Position numbers and translations under genes: made by a program. From contig CBDHDG010000001.1 in NCBI GenBank assembly GCA_965261595.1, positions 128,001-192,000 on the forward strand: a DNA stretch of 64,000 bases, written 5' to 3'. The notes beneath the pieces were generated by a model. It was not told where the DNA came from. It saw only the letters and a list, made by a program, of their open reading frames with translations, and searched no databases. This DNA comes from a bacterium (GTDB taxonomy: Bacteria; UBA8248; JACPRG01; G963555815). This document shows positions 9,057 to 18,503 of the stretch, in pieces; position 1 is the stretch's first letter, and the number at the start of each line of letters is the position of its first letter.

Positions 9057-10487
9057 TTAAGGAAACTTCGGCTCGGGAGACATCTTTTCCCGCCGCTCGG
9101 CGTACCAGGCCATGGCCCCAATGACCTCCACCGCCAGGGAGGAATCGTCGAAGATCGGAACCCGGGTCGGTTGCCCGATTCCTTCCGCCTCGAGATCCCG
9201 CTTCCACTGGTCGCTGGTCCGGCCACCGAAGAACAATCCGAAGATGGGTTTGTGCGGGTTCGCGGCGGCGGCGGCGCGGAATTCCTCCGCCAATCCCTCG
9301 CAAGCCGTGCTGGGCACGCCCAAAAGGATAAAGAAGACCGCGTCGGTGCTCTCGTCATCCATGGCGGCGCGGATCGACTCTCCCTGGATGCGGAGGTTGT
9401 CACCCGTCATGGCCGGCCAGAGGTCCACGGGATTCTTCACAGGCTGCCATTCCGGCATGAGGGCCTCCATCCGCGCGTGCGTCGGCTCGTCGAAGTCGGG
9501 AAGCGTGAATCCCGCACCCGTCAGCTGGTCCGCCGCCAGGACGGCCGCCCCGCCGCTGTAGGAAACCATCCCGACCCGCCGCCCCCGAGGCAGGGGTTGA
9601 AAAGAGAAACCCTTCAGCATCGCCAGGAAGCCTTCGATGGTCCGGGCCCGGACGATTCCGTACTGCCGGCAGGCCGCATCGAAGATCCGGTCGTCCGTCG
9701 CCAGGGCGCCCGTGTGCGCGGAGGACACCCTTTCCCCGACCTTGGTCCGGCCGGGCTTGAGGACGACGATGGGCTTTACGCGCTTCACCTCCCGGGCGAT
9801 GGAGAAGAAATCCCGGGGCCGCCGAATGCTCTCCAGATAGAGACCGATGACGTCCGTTTCGGGGTCATCCCGGCAATATTCGAGAAAGTCCACTTCGTCC
9901 AGGTCGACCTTGTTGCCGACGGCGATGCTTTTGCCGATGCCCAGCCGTTGGAACTCCTGGTCCATGATCTGGTTGGCCATGCAACCGGTGAAGTTGCCCG
10001 TCTGGGCCATGATGGACACGCCGCCGACCAGCCAATCGGAGGTGGCGACGAAGGCCCCGATGAGACGGCGGTGGGCGTTGGCCATCCCGATGGTGTTGGG
10101 GCCGATGCAGCGGACCCCGCTTTTTCGGATGGCCTCTCGGAGCTCCGCGTCGTAGCGGATCCCGTCGCCCGGGACCTCGCCGAACCCCGCCGTGATGATG
10201 ACCGCCCCCTTCACGCCCTTCTTCCCGCAGTCCTCGACAATGCCGGCGACGTGCTCGCGGGGGAGCAGGAAGAAGACCAGGTCGATCTCGCCCGGAACGT
10301 CCAGGACGGAGGGGTACACCTTCCGGCCGAGGATCTCCCCGCCCCTCGGGTTGATGGGATACACCTCGCCCTCGTAACCCGAGTCCAGAATGCTCTTGAG
10401 CAGGATGTTGCCCGATTTCTTCGGGTCGGCCGAGGCACCGACCACCGCAACCGATCGGGGCTCGAGCAGAGGCTTGAATCCCGTCAC
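9057..10487 (-). CDS. Acyl-CoA synthetase (ADP-forming) alpha subunit, CoA-binding
   Basis: PRSVAVVGAS, AGFGE, GPNTIG, GNKVD, AHTGALA phospho-His motif, SGG; GTG start. Confidence 0.9.
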   Translation of the reverse strand: MTGFKPLLEPRSVAVVGASADPKKSGNILLKSILDSGYEGEVYPINPRGGEILGRKVYPSVLDVPGEIDLVFFLLPREHVAGIVEDCGKKGVKGAVIITAGFGEVPGDGIRYDAELREAIRKSGVRCIGPNTIGMANAHRRLIGAFVATSDWLVGGVSIMAQTGNFTGCMANQIMDQEFQRLGIGKSIAVGNKVDLDEVDFLEYCRDDPETDVIGLYLESIRRPRDFFSIAREVKRVKPIVVLKPGRTKVGERVSSAHTGALATDDRIFDAACRQYGIVRARTIEGFLAMLKGFSFQPLPRGRRVGMVSYSGGAAVLAADQLTGAGFTLPDFDEPTHARMEALMPEWQPVKNPVDLWPAMTGDNLRIQGESIRAAMDDESTDAVFFILLGVPSTACEGLAEEFRAAAAANPHKPIFGLFFGGRTSDQWKRDLEAEGIGQPTRVPIFDDSSLAVEVIGAMAWYAERREKMSPEPKFP

Positions 10488-11227
10488 CGCGCGTCCCCCC
10501 CCCCCTCGTCCTCTTCCGTCCGCGCCTCGTGCAGCCGAACCAGTCCGTCCGCCGCCAGAACTCCGCCAGGCCCGGCGAACAGCGGGTTGATCTCCACCTC
10601 GGCGATGTCGTCGGCGAACGTCCAGGCCAGGTCGGAGAGGCGGAGAAGCGTCTGTCGCAGCGCGTCCCGGTCCGCCGGCGGGCCTCCCCGAAATCCGTCG
10701 AGCAGCTTCCGGCCCTTGATCTCCCCCAGCATCTCGTCCACGTCATCGGGGCCGACGGGCGCGAGGCGTAAGGCGACGTCTTCCAGGAGCTCGACCCACA
10801 CGCCTCCCAGGCCGAACGCCAGGACCGGGCCAAAGAGGGGATCCGCCGTCGCGGACGCCAGGGTTTCGACGCCCTCCGCCATCGGCTGAACCGCGAAACC
10901 CTGAAGCTCGGCATCAGGGCGTAAAGCGCGGACGCGCGAATCCATCTCCTCGGCGGCCCGTTCGACCTCCTCCGGCGTCTTGAGTCCGGCCGCCACCGCG
11001 CCGGCCTCCGTTTTGTGGGGCAAATCGGCGGAGACCATCTTCAACACGACCGGAAGGCCGACCCGCTCCGCCGCGGCGGCCGCCTCCCCGGGGTCCGCCG
11101 CCCGCTCGGTCGGCAGAACCGGAACACCCGCGGCGCGGAGGACATCAAGCGCCTCCGGCTCGCTCAACAAGATCCTGCCCTCGGCCCGGACCGCGCCGAT
11201 GACGCGGCTTATCCGTTCAACGTCCAA
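10484..11227 (-). CDS. Acyl-CoA synthetase (ADP-forming) beta subunit, ATP-grasp
   Basis: LSEPEA, PVVLK, HKTEAG, DPLFGP..FGLGG, EINP. Confidence 0.9.
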   Translation of the reverse strand: MDVERISRVIGAVRAEGRILLSEPEALDVLRAAGVPVLPTERAADPGEAAAAAERVGLPVVLKMVSADLPHKTEAGAVAAGLKTPEEVERAAEEMDSRVRALRPDAELQGFAVQPMAEGVETLASATADPLFGPVLAFGLGGVWVELLEDVALRLAPVGPDDVDEMLGEIKGRKLLDGFRGGPPADRDALRQTLLRLSDLAWTFADDIAEVEINPLFAGPGGVLAADGLVRLHEARTEEDEGGGDAR

Positions 11228-11346
11228 AACCTCTCCCTTACGGCGAAAGCGCTGACATGGCCCGAAAAGGAGCCGCGCAAGCCCCCTCCCCTCCCCCGCC
11301 CGGGCGCCCGTTGATGAGAATCCGGCGAAATATTCGATGGCGTGGG

Positions 11347-12126
11347 TTAATGAAGATACATCCGGTCCGGATCGAGCTCGTTCAGGATGGCGAGCTCCTC
11401 TTCCGTCGGCGGATCGGTCACTTCCACCCGGTCCGGAACGATGGGCGTGAACCCGGTGTTCTCAAGAACGTCTTCCACCTTGACGCCGGTATGCAGGGCC
11501 TCCAGCTTCATTTGCCGGGTGTCATCATCGAAGCCGAAGATGCACAGGTCGGTGATGACCTTGTGCATACTGCCCGTGATGAGACCGGAATCCCGCCGGG
11601 TGTCGCCGCCGTCCAGATAACCGGGGCTGGTGACAAAATCCACCTTCGCGACAAACCGTTTCTTCTCATGCGGCATGGCGACAATCATCCTGGCCAGGCT
11701 GGCGATGTCGTTCCCGCCTCCGCTGCCGGGGAGCCGCACCTTGGGGTGCGCGGGGTCGCCGATGAAGGAGCTGTTGAGGTTTCCGTACTGGTCCACCTGG
11801 GCCCCGCCCATGAACCCGTAATCCACGTAACCCCGCTGGAGGAGCGCGAGGACGTCCGTCGGGCTGGGCACCATGTTGGCCTTCCGCGCGGTCCGGGACT
11901 CATTCGTGGAGGGCGGAAGCCTGCCGGGCTCGATAAAGGGCCCCACCACGCCGCCCTCGAACAGAATGGTGAGGTCGGGGGCGTGCCTGCGCTGCGCCAG
12001 GGTGGCCGCGAGAAGGGGAATCCCCACGCCCGCGAAGAGAACCTTGCCGTTCTCGAGAATCCGGGAGCTCATGACCGAAAGAAGCTCGGCCGTGGTGCAC
12101 TCGCTCCGCGTCGCCGCTTCAGTCAC
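11347..12126 (-). CDS. CoA-transferase beta subunit (glutaconate/3-oxoadipate CoA-transferase-like)
   Basis: GVGIP, LFEGG, GGAQVDQYGNLN, RLPGSGG, VDFVTSPG. Confidence 0.9.
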   Translation of the reverse strand: MTEAATRSECTTAELLSVMSSRILENGKVLFAGVGIPLLAATLAQRRHAPDLTILFEGGVVGPFIEPGRLPPSTNESRTARKANMVPSPTDVLALLQRGYVDYGFMGGAQVDQYGNLNSSFIGDPAHPKVRLPGSGGGNDIASLARMIVAMPHEKKRFVAKVDFVTSPGYLDGGDTRRDSGLITGSMHKVITDLCIFGFDDDTRQMKLEALHTGVKVEDVLENTGFTPIVPDRVEVTDPPTEEELAILNELDPDRMYLH

Positions 12127-13075
12127 TGTACATCCTCCTTCCCGCCTTCGAGGCTTCCATCACTTCCGAAAGGCCGACCCGGTCCAGGAAACCGGTCCAG
12201 TCTTCGGGCTCATAGACGTATTTCTTCATGTATTCCCGGGCGCCCTCCAGCCCCTCTTTCCGCGTCACCCCGGCATATTCATCCATGTGACTGTAGAAGG
12301 GCTCATAAAGGCCTGAGCACTCATGGGGAACACTCCCGTAAGGGACTTCCACAACGGCCTCCACGCAGAAGAACGGAATCTTGGTCCGGTCGGGCGCGCG
12401 GCGGATTTGATCGTTGCTGATGATCTGCTCGGTGGTGAGGATGACCTTCTCGGCCGCCATGGCGATGTCGGCGTCCATGAACGGAAGACCGTCATACTGG
12501 GCGTTGCCGTAAGCGTCCGCCCGCTGGACGTGGATGAGGGCCACATCGGGATTCAGGGCGGGCAGCAGGGCCAGCTTGTCTCCCGTAAAGGGGCAGACCA
12601 TTTCCTTGATCTCGTCCTGAACCAGGCGGGCCATATCGGACCCCATCATCACCCGGGTCGGCATGAATGGAAGTCCCAACGCCCCCGCCCGGTACATCAT
12701 GCCGATGCTCATGTGGCTCCATTCGTCGTAACGGACCTCGCCGGACTCAACAAAATGCCTCATCACCCGGGAGACGCCCCAGATGATTCCCTGGCTGAAC
12801 CAGCTGGTCAGGTAGTGCCGCGTGCAGCCGCCGGCCAGCAACAGGTCTCCTTCCGACGAGGTGATGTTCCTGGAGATCATCAGGTCCTTCTTCTTCTGCC
12901 GGACAATCTCCCAGACCAGAGCGAAGGGCGTGCGGGAGAAGGTGTTCCCGCCGATGGCGACATGATCGCCGTCCTTCACCAACGCCACGGCCTCGGAAAG
13001 CCCCATGACCTTTTCCCTCAACCCACGGTTGCGGGATTCCAGTCGGCTTCTCAACTCGTGGTAAGAGTGGCTCAT
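12119..13075 (-). CDS. CoA-transferase alpha subunit
   Basis: VKDGDHVAIGG, AGALGLPF, PDVALIHVQRADAYGN. Confidence 0.9.
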   Translation of the reverse strand: MSHSYHELRSRLESRNRGLREKVMGLSEAVALVKDGDHVAIGGNTFSRTPFALVWEIVRQKKKDLMISRNITSSEGDLLLAGGCTRHYLTSWFSQGIIWGVSRVMRHFVESGEVRYDEWSHMSIGMMYRAGALGLPFMPTRVMMGSDMARLVQDEIKEMVCPFTGDKLALLPALNPDVALIHVQRADAYGNAQYDGLPFMDADIAMAAEKVILTTEQIISNDQIRRAPDRTKIPFFCVEAVVEVPYGSVPHECSGLYEPFYSHMDEYAGVTRKEGLEGAREYMKKYVYEPEDWTGFLDRVGLSEVMEASKAGRRMYSD

Positions 13076-13150
13076 GGAGTCTCCCATCAATGCCGCACCC
13101 CTGGAAAGAACCCGCGGGGGGCCTCGGATCGGCCAATCGTCAAAGCCGGC

Positions 13151-13312
13151 CTAGCCTTCCAGGACGGAGAAATCCGCCTTGGTCGCGCCGCAGGTCGGGC
13201 ACACCCAATCATCCGGGATATCCTCGAAGGGCGTGTTCGGGGCGATCCCCCCATCGGCGTCCCCCTCCGCCGGGTCGTACACATAGCCACATACGCCGCA
13301 TTCATATTTCAC
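13151..13312 (-). CDS. Rubredoxin (53 aa; absent from the ORF track)
   Basis: Hand translation [53 protein letters not shown]; two CxxC knuckles; GTG start. Confidence 0.97.
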   Translation of the reverse strand: MKYECGVCGYVYDPAEGDADGGIAPNTPFEDIPDDWVCPTCGATKADFSVLEG

Positions 13313-13363
13313 TGGAAACCCCCATATCGAATGTTTCGAAAAGGTTCACGCCTTCCGGCCTCC

Positions 13364-13834
13364 TCACCCCATCAATTCAGCCAGGTGGGCCTTCCGGGCC
13401 GCAACCGGTTCCGCCCCCTCCGGAGCGTGGTATTGGATCCCCCCCGTAATGGGGAGATGAGGTTCCCTGTCCACCAGAACCTCTCCAACCTTGAACTCAT
13501 AGAGGGAGCAGCCTTTGAACGTTTCCGCGTCCTCCCGGACGACGGTCACACGTCCCTTGAGATAGTAGCTCATTTCCGGATCCACCGCGATGATCGATAT
13601 CCTGGGATCGCGGCGCATGTTTCCGGCCGTGGTGGTTCCTTTCCACAGGGCGAAGCGGATCCGACTTGCGTCGGGCGAGGCCATCTCGCGGTAAGAGAGC
13701 ATGGCCGGGTGCGGAAAACCCGATTCATCCAGGCTCAGAAGCAACATGGCCCGCCCTTCGAGGCGGGTCAGGTCCTCGGCGCAAAGCTTCTCCCGGAAAT
13801 CTTCCGGCACCCGATCGCCCAAACGTCTACTCAA
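13364..13834 (-). CDS. Pyridoxamine 5'-phosphate oxidase-like (split-barrel flavin-binding) protein
   Basis: LLSLDESGFPHPAMLS, TTAGNMRRDPRI, YYLKG; TTG start with GGAGG RBS. Confidence 0.75.
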   Translation of the reverse strand: MSRRLGDRVPEDFREKLCAEDLTRLEGRAMLLLSLDESGFPHPAMLSYREMASPDASRIRFALWKGTTTAGNMRRDPRISIIAVDPEMSYYLKGRVTVVREDAETFKGCSLYEFKVGEVLVDREPHLPITGGIQYHAPEGAEPVAARKAHLAELMG

Positions 13835-13853
13835 CGGAAAAAGCCTCCCAGCC

Positions 13854-13936
13854 CCGAGCGACGCGCTCCCGGAGCGACGCGCCCCCCGAGCGACGCACCC
13901 GCCGGTGCAACGCACCTGCCGGAGCAACCCACCCTG
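13854..13936. repeat. Degenerate tandem repeat, 5 units of 16-17 bp
   Basis: GAGCGACGC at 13856, 13872, 13888; GTGCAACGC at 13905; GAGCAACCC at 13922. Confidence 0.85.
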
Positions 13937-14088
13937 TGTTTAGGCCTGAACCATCTCTTCACGCGCGAACCTTTTCCACCGCTTCCCGCTCGGGAACGGC
14001 CCACTCTCTAACACCAGCCCGATTCAGTGTCAACGAAGTGCGAAGGCGAAGCGGGAAGGCGACAAAAAGGGCGAAGCGGGCGGTTTGA

Positions 14089-14547
14089 TCAATTCGGACG
14101 ATCAGTCCAGTCGTTCAGAAACGCCAGCAAGAGGTCCGTTTCCGTGATCAGGCCAATCATCTCCCGGTCCCTCTCCTCGGTGACAACCGGCAGGCAGCTA
14201 ATCTTATGCTCCAGCATGAGCCGGGCCGCCTCGGAGATGGGCGCATCGGGCAAGATGGTCCTCGCGAGCGGGGTCATGATCTCCGAGACCTTGATCGACT
14301 CCTGAAACATCTCCCGGTCGGAATCGCTGTGCTCCAGCAGCGTCGTCAAAGAAGAGCGCAGCAGGTCCCGCTGGCTGACCACGCCGACCAGGAGTCCGGC
14401 CTCCACCACGGGCAGGTGGCGGATGTTACCCAACGACATGATGTCCTCGGCCAGTTTCATCGTCTCGCCCAACGGGATGGACACCACCTTCTCACTCATG
14501 TAATCCCTAACCTTGGGCTCGGAGGCCTCGTTTTTCTTTGCGGTCAT
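14089..14547 (-). CDS. CBS domain pair protein
   Basis: VRDYMS, IRHLPVV, VGVVSQRDL, VSEIMT, ISCLPVV, GLITETDL. Confidence 0.92.
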   Translation of the reverse strand: MTAKKNEASEPKVRDYMSEKVVSIPLGETMKLAEDIMSLGNIRHLPVVEAGLLVGVVSQRDLLRSSLTTLLEHSDSDREMFQESIKVSEIMTPLARTILPDAPISEAARLMLEHKISCLPVVTEERDREMIGLITETDLLLAFLNDWTDRPN

Positions 14548-14849
14548 CGCTTTTCCGTGGTGTATAGGACTTCGTGGATTTCAAGCGCGCTCGGGCCGGC
14601 GAACATTTCCTTGGACGGGAGATCCGCGTGGACCTCCTTGAAAGCCTCGCTCCGGGTCCAGGCCTCGAAGGACGCCATGTCTTCCCAATAGGTCTTGACG
14701 ACGTAGGCATCCGCCTTAGACGGCCGGAGCAACTCGTATCGATTGAAACCGGGGCTTTTGTCCACAAACCCTTCCCGGTTCCGAAACCGTTTCTCGAATT
14801 CCTCCTCGTAACCCTCGGCCACGAAAATCCGGTTGGCAACGACAATCAT
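14544..14849 (-). CDS. ABM-family monooxygenase, IsdG/HmoA-like putative heme-degrading enzyme
   Basis: VANRIFV..FEKRF..PGF..W..FEAW..SEAFKEVH; the Asn/Trp/His set typical of the IsdG family. Confidence 0.8.
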   Translation of the reverse strand: MIVVANRIFVAEGYEEEFEKRFRNREGFVDKSPGFNRYELLRPSKADAYVVKTYWEDMASFEAWTRSEAFKEVHADLPSKEMFAGPSALEIHEVLYTTEKR

Positions 14850-15422
14850 ACCGTGATTCTCCAATCAATGGCGGGCTGAGCCGCAATGGGCGAACCTTCC
14901 GGGGAAACCCGCCCCAAACAGAGGCAGAATCTTACACTTTCCGGCGACAAAATTCCAAATTCCCGCGAGACCAATCCGCACCCGCTGATGGACGCCCGCG
15001 GCGAAACAGACGGGCTACGAGAAGTGCGGCCTAAGATTCGGCCAACCACTCCGGCCATCCCTGATGGGCCAACCCGGAGCTGGCGTTCAGGATGACGCCC
15101 CGGCCGCGGGAAACATCCCCTTCAAGGCCGCCCGGCACTTTATTCCCCGCCTGAGAAAACGTCTCACATCCATGTGACCTTATTCAGGAGAATCCCGGAA
15201 AAGAATTTCCGAAGGGCTCAAGCCTGCCGGACTCCCATCCGATAAGAAAGTTATTGGGACCTCAATTGGGACCAGCCCATGAGCAGTTCCTCCCCGTCCC
15301 CCCGCCGGTCGACCCCACCGGCGGGGGGATCCTCCCCTCTCTTCCAGGAAGTCCCGTTGGCGAATCCCAGCGTCCCCCGGCCAGTCCGACTCAATCGCGA
15401 TTCACACCCCTCCTCCCACGCT

Positions 15423-15438
15423 TGGCACTGGTTTTGCA
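15423..15438 (+). promoter_or_regulatory. Sigma-54 (-24/-12) promoter
   Basis: TGGCAC-TGGTT-TTGCA, exact match to TGGCAC-N5-TTGCW. Confidence 0.75.
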
Positions 15439-15545
15439 CCCTTTTAGCGGGTAATGCGAGCCTGAGGAAGGCCCTCCAGGCTCACCTGACCACCGCATGG
15501 GCGGACGGTCAACAACATTCCTCAATGGGAAAAGCGAGCCAAGCA

Positions 15546-15716
15546 ATGGAACGGGAGAAGGAAAACCTGGGAATCTCGGGACCTTGGGTCCTTCAGGAAG
15601 TCATCGACCTCCAGAACGAGTCCTATCTTCTGACGGTCGGAGGGTTCTTGGAGTTCAGCCCCAAATCACTCATTGTTTCACTAGACGCGCTGGGCTTCGT
15701 CATCACGCCGAATTGA
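15546..15716 (+). CDS. Putative small protein (56 aa; alternative start 15525)
   Basis: Downstream of the sigma-54 motif; GC-rich third positions in much of the frame; weak RBS; no recognisable family. Confidence 0.35.
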   Translation: MEREKENLGISGPWVLQEVIDLQNESYLLTVGGFLEFSPKSLIVSLDALGFVITPN

Positions 15717-15991
15717 TCATCCCGCAGTCATAGAAAATCGGACCGGGGGCCGTCCCGATAGAGGGGCGTCCGCCGTGCATCCGCTGTCCAAATGGGCCGA
15801 GGCACACCTTCGGCCCCTTCCTTCGCTTTCATTCCTTCTGAAACAAGACCCGCCGATCGCGATCCGAAAGCGGAAATAATTTCCGGCCCCCCGTCATTTT
15901 TTCTCCAATCGGACGCACAGCCGGTCCTCATCACGCCGCCTTTTAAATCTTTTCAGGCGATCTCGACCGCTCCATGACCGGGCGGGCCGGT

Positions 15992-16007
15992 TGGCGCCGC
16001 ATGTGCA
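15992..16007 (+). promoter_or_regulatory. Second sigma-54-like promoter
   Basis: TGGCGC-CGCAT-GTGCA, GG-N10-GC spacing, 55 bp upstream of a small ORF. Confidence 0.5.
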
Positions 16008-16062
16008 TCTATCCGCAATCATATTGCCGAAACGGGTAAACACCAATCAAAGGAAAAAACCC

Positions 16063-16263
16063 ATGAAGCTCCGAGGCATCTCCCCCATGCAGCCCATCTG
16101 TGAAATCTGTGACGAGGCGCTGGACCCCGACAAAGTGGGAAGGGTCTTTCAGAACAGCTTCTACCATGATGCGTGTTTTCATCGGGACCGGGGAACGCTC
16201 GGCCAGGAACCCGCCGAGCCCGCGGGGATCCCGGCGGAAGCCGCCGTCTCGATCGTAGAATGA
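16063..16263 (+). CDS. Small zinc-finger protein (C-x2-C-x18-H-x2-C, LIM-half-like)
   Basis: CEIC-18aa-HDAC; AAGGA RBS before ATG 16063 (alternative ATG 16087). Confidence 0.6.
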   Translation: MKLRGISPMQPICEICDEALDPDKVGRVFQNSFYHDACFHRDRGTLGQEPAEPAGIPAEAAVSIVE

Positions 16264-16378
16264 AACGCGCCTTTCACCGCGCAACCGCAGCAATCCCCGC
16301 TCGCCCATCCGGACAAGATTCCGAATTCTGAATGGATGGATTGCAACCGGCGGGAAGCACTTCCGCGAAAGGGCGCCC

Positions 16379-16903
16379 TCAATACTTGATCAGGGAAAAA
16401 ATGTCGTGATCGCCCAGGCGGTCCCTGCCTTTTAGAAACGTGAGCTCAATCAGAAACGCGAATCCGACTACATCCCCCTTCAACTTGTGGACCAAGTCCG
16501 ACGTGGCCGCGGCCGTCCCTCCGGTCGCCAGCAGGTCATCCACCAGAAGCACCCGATCCCCCTCCGAGATGGCGTCCTCGTGGATCTCCAGCTCGTCCGT
16601 GCCGTACTCCAGCTCATACAGCGTCTTGACCGTCCGGTAAGGCAACTTGCCCGTCTTGCGGATCATGATGATCCCCGCGTTGAGCTTATACGCGAGCGCG
16701 GCGCCGAAAACGAAACCGCGGGCCTCCGCGCCCACCACCAGGTCCACATTCTGGTCGATATAACGGTCTCCGATCATATCGATGGAGGTCGCAAACGCCT
16801 TGGCGTTCGACAACAGCGTGGTGATGTCCTTGAAGATGACACCCTTCTTGGGAAAATCCGGAACGTCCCGGATCATGCGCTTCAGGTCATCGATGTCCCA
16901 CAT
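16379..16903 (-). CDS. apt: Adenine phosphoribosyltransferase
   Basis: PDFPKKGVIFKDIT, EARGF, YELEYG, VDDLLATGGT. Confidence 0.97.
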   Translation of the reverse strand: MWDIDDLKRMIRDVPDFPKKGVIFKDITTLLSNAKAFATSIDMIGDRYIDQNVDLVVGAEARGFVFGAALAYKLNAGIIMIRKTGKLPYRTVKTLYELEYGTDELEIHEDAISEGDRVLLVDDLLATGGTAAATSDLVHKLKGDVVGFAFLIELTFLKGRDRLGDHDIFSLIKY

Positions 16904-16938
16904 TCGGCCTTCTCCGTCTGTTTTTTCAGAACCGGCCG

Positions 16939-17724
16939 TCAAGGCAGGTAGAACAACGGATCTTTCGCCCGTGCCCGATTCCGAATCTCAAAGTGCAGAT
17001 GCGGTCCCGTTGCGCGTCCCGTGCTCCCGACCAGCGCGATCACCTCGCCCTGCTTCACCCTTTTCCCTTTCCCGGCCAGGTTCTTGCTGTTGTGCGCATA
17101 GATGGTGTGAAACCCGTTGGGATGCCGCAATATCACCATCAGCCCGTATCCCCCCGGCCCGTTATCGCTGAAAATGACCACGCCGGCCTCGGCGGCGCGC
17201 AGGGGCGTCCCGCGGGGAGCGGCGATGTCGACGCCCTGGTGTTTTCGCTTTCCGCGCTTTCCAAAAAAAGACGTGACCTTGCCCTGAAGCGGCCAGACAA
17301 AATCCACCTCCGCGGGCAGGGACACCTTGCCGACCCGCTCCCGGCGAGGGGCCGATTTTCGGGGGGGCGCGGGTTTCGCCGCGGGCGTTCGAACCTCCCG
17401 CTTTCGTCCCGGCCAAGTCGGGATCTTCGCCGAAGCGGAGCGCCCGGTGGTTCCGCGGCGAATGGGCGAGACCCGCAACCGGCGACTCGCCCCGGGAACA
17501 TAAAGCCGGGTTCCGGCGACGATCCGGCGGGCGTCGGCAATGTGATTGGCCTTGACGAGAACATCTAAATCAACACCATAGGTTCGGGCGATCCGGTACA
17601 TCGTCTCGCCCGGTTGAATCGTGTGATAGACGCCGGGGCTGCGAAAGACCCGGGCGAGCGAACATCCCCCCAGGACCAACAATAGGACGCCTAAGACCCA
17701 ACCTGTCCGGCGGGCGCATCTCAT
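16939..17724 (-). CDS. LysM + M23 peptidase lipoprotein (NlpD-like)
   Basis: Lipobox LGGC, LysM HTIQPGET, M23 HQGVD, YAHN, GPHLHFEIR. Confidence 0.9.
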   Translation of the reverse strand: MRCARRTGWVLGVLLLVLGGCSLARVFRSPGVYHTIQPGETMYRIARTYGVDLDVLVKANHIADARRIVAGTRLYVPGASRRLRVSPIRRGTTGRSASAKIPTWPGRKREVRTPAAKPAPPRKSAPRRERVGKVSLPAEVDFVWPLQGKVTSFFGKRGKRKHQGVDIAAPRGTPLRAAEAGVVIFSDNGPGGYGLMVILRHPNGFHTIYAHNSKNLAGKGKRVKQGEVIALVGSTGRATGPHLHFEIRNRARAKDPLFYLP

Positions 17725-17772
17725 CCGATTTCTCGCCGCCCTCCGATTTTCGGACTCAGGCGTCTCCCCCGC

Positions 17773-18243
17773 CTACCGGTCCGCACAGGCGGCAAACGCC
17801 CGGGCCACGGCCTCTTCCGGGTCCTCGACTTGAGGCGCCTCCGGTGGGGCGATCCGGCATCCGACAGCGACCAGGGGCTTGGCCATCTGCAACGCGTGGG
17901 CCAGTTCCGACAGGGTTCCAAAACTGCCGTCCAGGGCGACAATCGCCTGCGCGGTCCGGACGATGATGATGTTCCGGGCGTAGCCCATCCCGGTTACGAT
18001 CGGAACGTCCACATACCGGTTCGCTTCGGCCGCGTCCTGGCCGGGCAAAATACCGATGGTGAGCCCACCCCCCTCTTTGGCGCCCCTGCAAGCGGCCTCC
18101 ATGACGCCTCCGAGTCCTCCACAGACCACAATCCCTCCCCGCTCGGCGATGTTTCGTCCCACGGCGCGGGCCAACTCATAGCCCTCCCCGCTCGGACGGC
18201 TTGCGCCAATCACTCCGATGACGGGCTTTCCGTAAGCGATCAT
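17773..18243 (-). CDS. TIGR00725-type Rossmann/LOG-like protein
   Basis: CGGLGGVMEAACRGAK, GILP, RNIIIV, GTLSE. Confidence 0.88.
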   Translation of the reverse strand: MIAYGKPVIGVIGASRPSGEGYELARAVGRNIAERGGIVVCGGLGGVMEAACRGAKEGGGLTIGILPGQDAAEANRYVDVPIVTGMGYARNIIIVRTAQAIVALDGSFGTLSELAHALQMAKPLVAVGCRIAPPEAPQVEDPEEAVARAFAACADR

Positions 18244-18503
18244 TCGGACGCCTCCTACCGGGTCCCGGAAACCGGGGGACTGGATAGAAAAAAGGGAGGA
18301 GGGAAAAGGCAGGGCCGCGGCGTGTTGATCCCCGGTTCCCGGCGCCTAGGGATGCGGGTGCATCCATCTCAACGCGCTCAAAGGAATAAAACGAATTTCC
18401 TCGAATGTCAACGAATACCGGAAGGGCCTCTCAGCGCCGCCGGCAAAAACGGAGCGGGAGGAATGCGTCGCGGGGAAAGCTTTCCTTCAATCCGGCCGGG
18501 GTT

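Noticed and set aside
8808..10889. Long antisense ORFs (e.g. 693 aa here, 702 aa at 38476, 599 aa at 56412, 562 aa at 12323)
   Set aside because: They are shadows of well-supported genes on the opposite strand in high-GC DNA and have no motifs
15082..15099. GGCGT-TCAGGATG-ACGCC hairpin as a CsrA site
   Set aside because: It is a single motif upstream of the sigma-54 promoter with no supported transcript, so it is insufficient on its own
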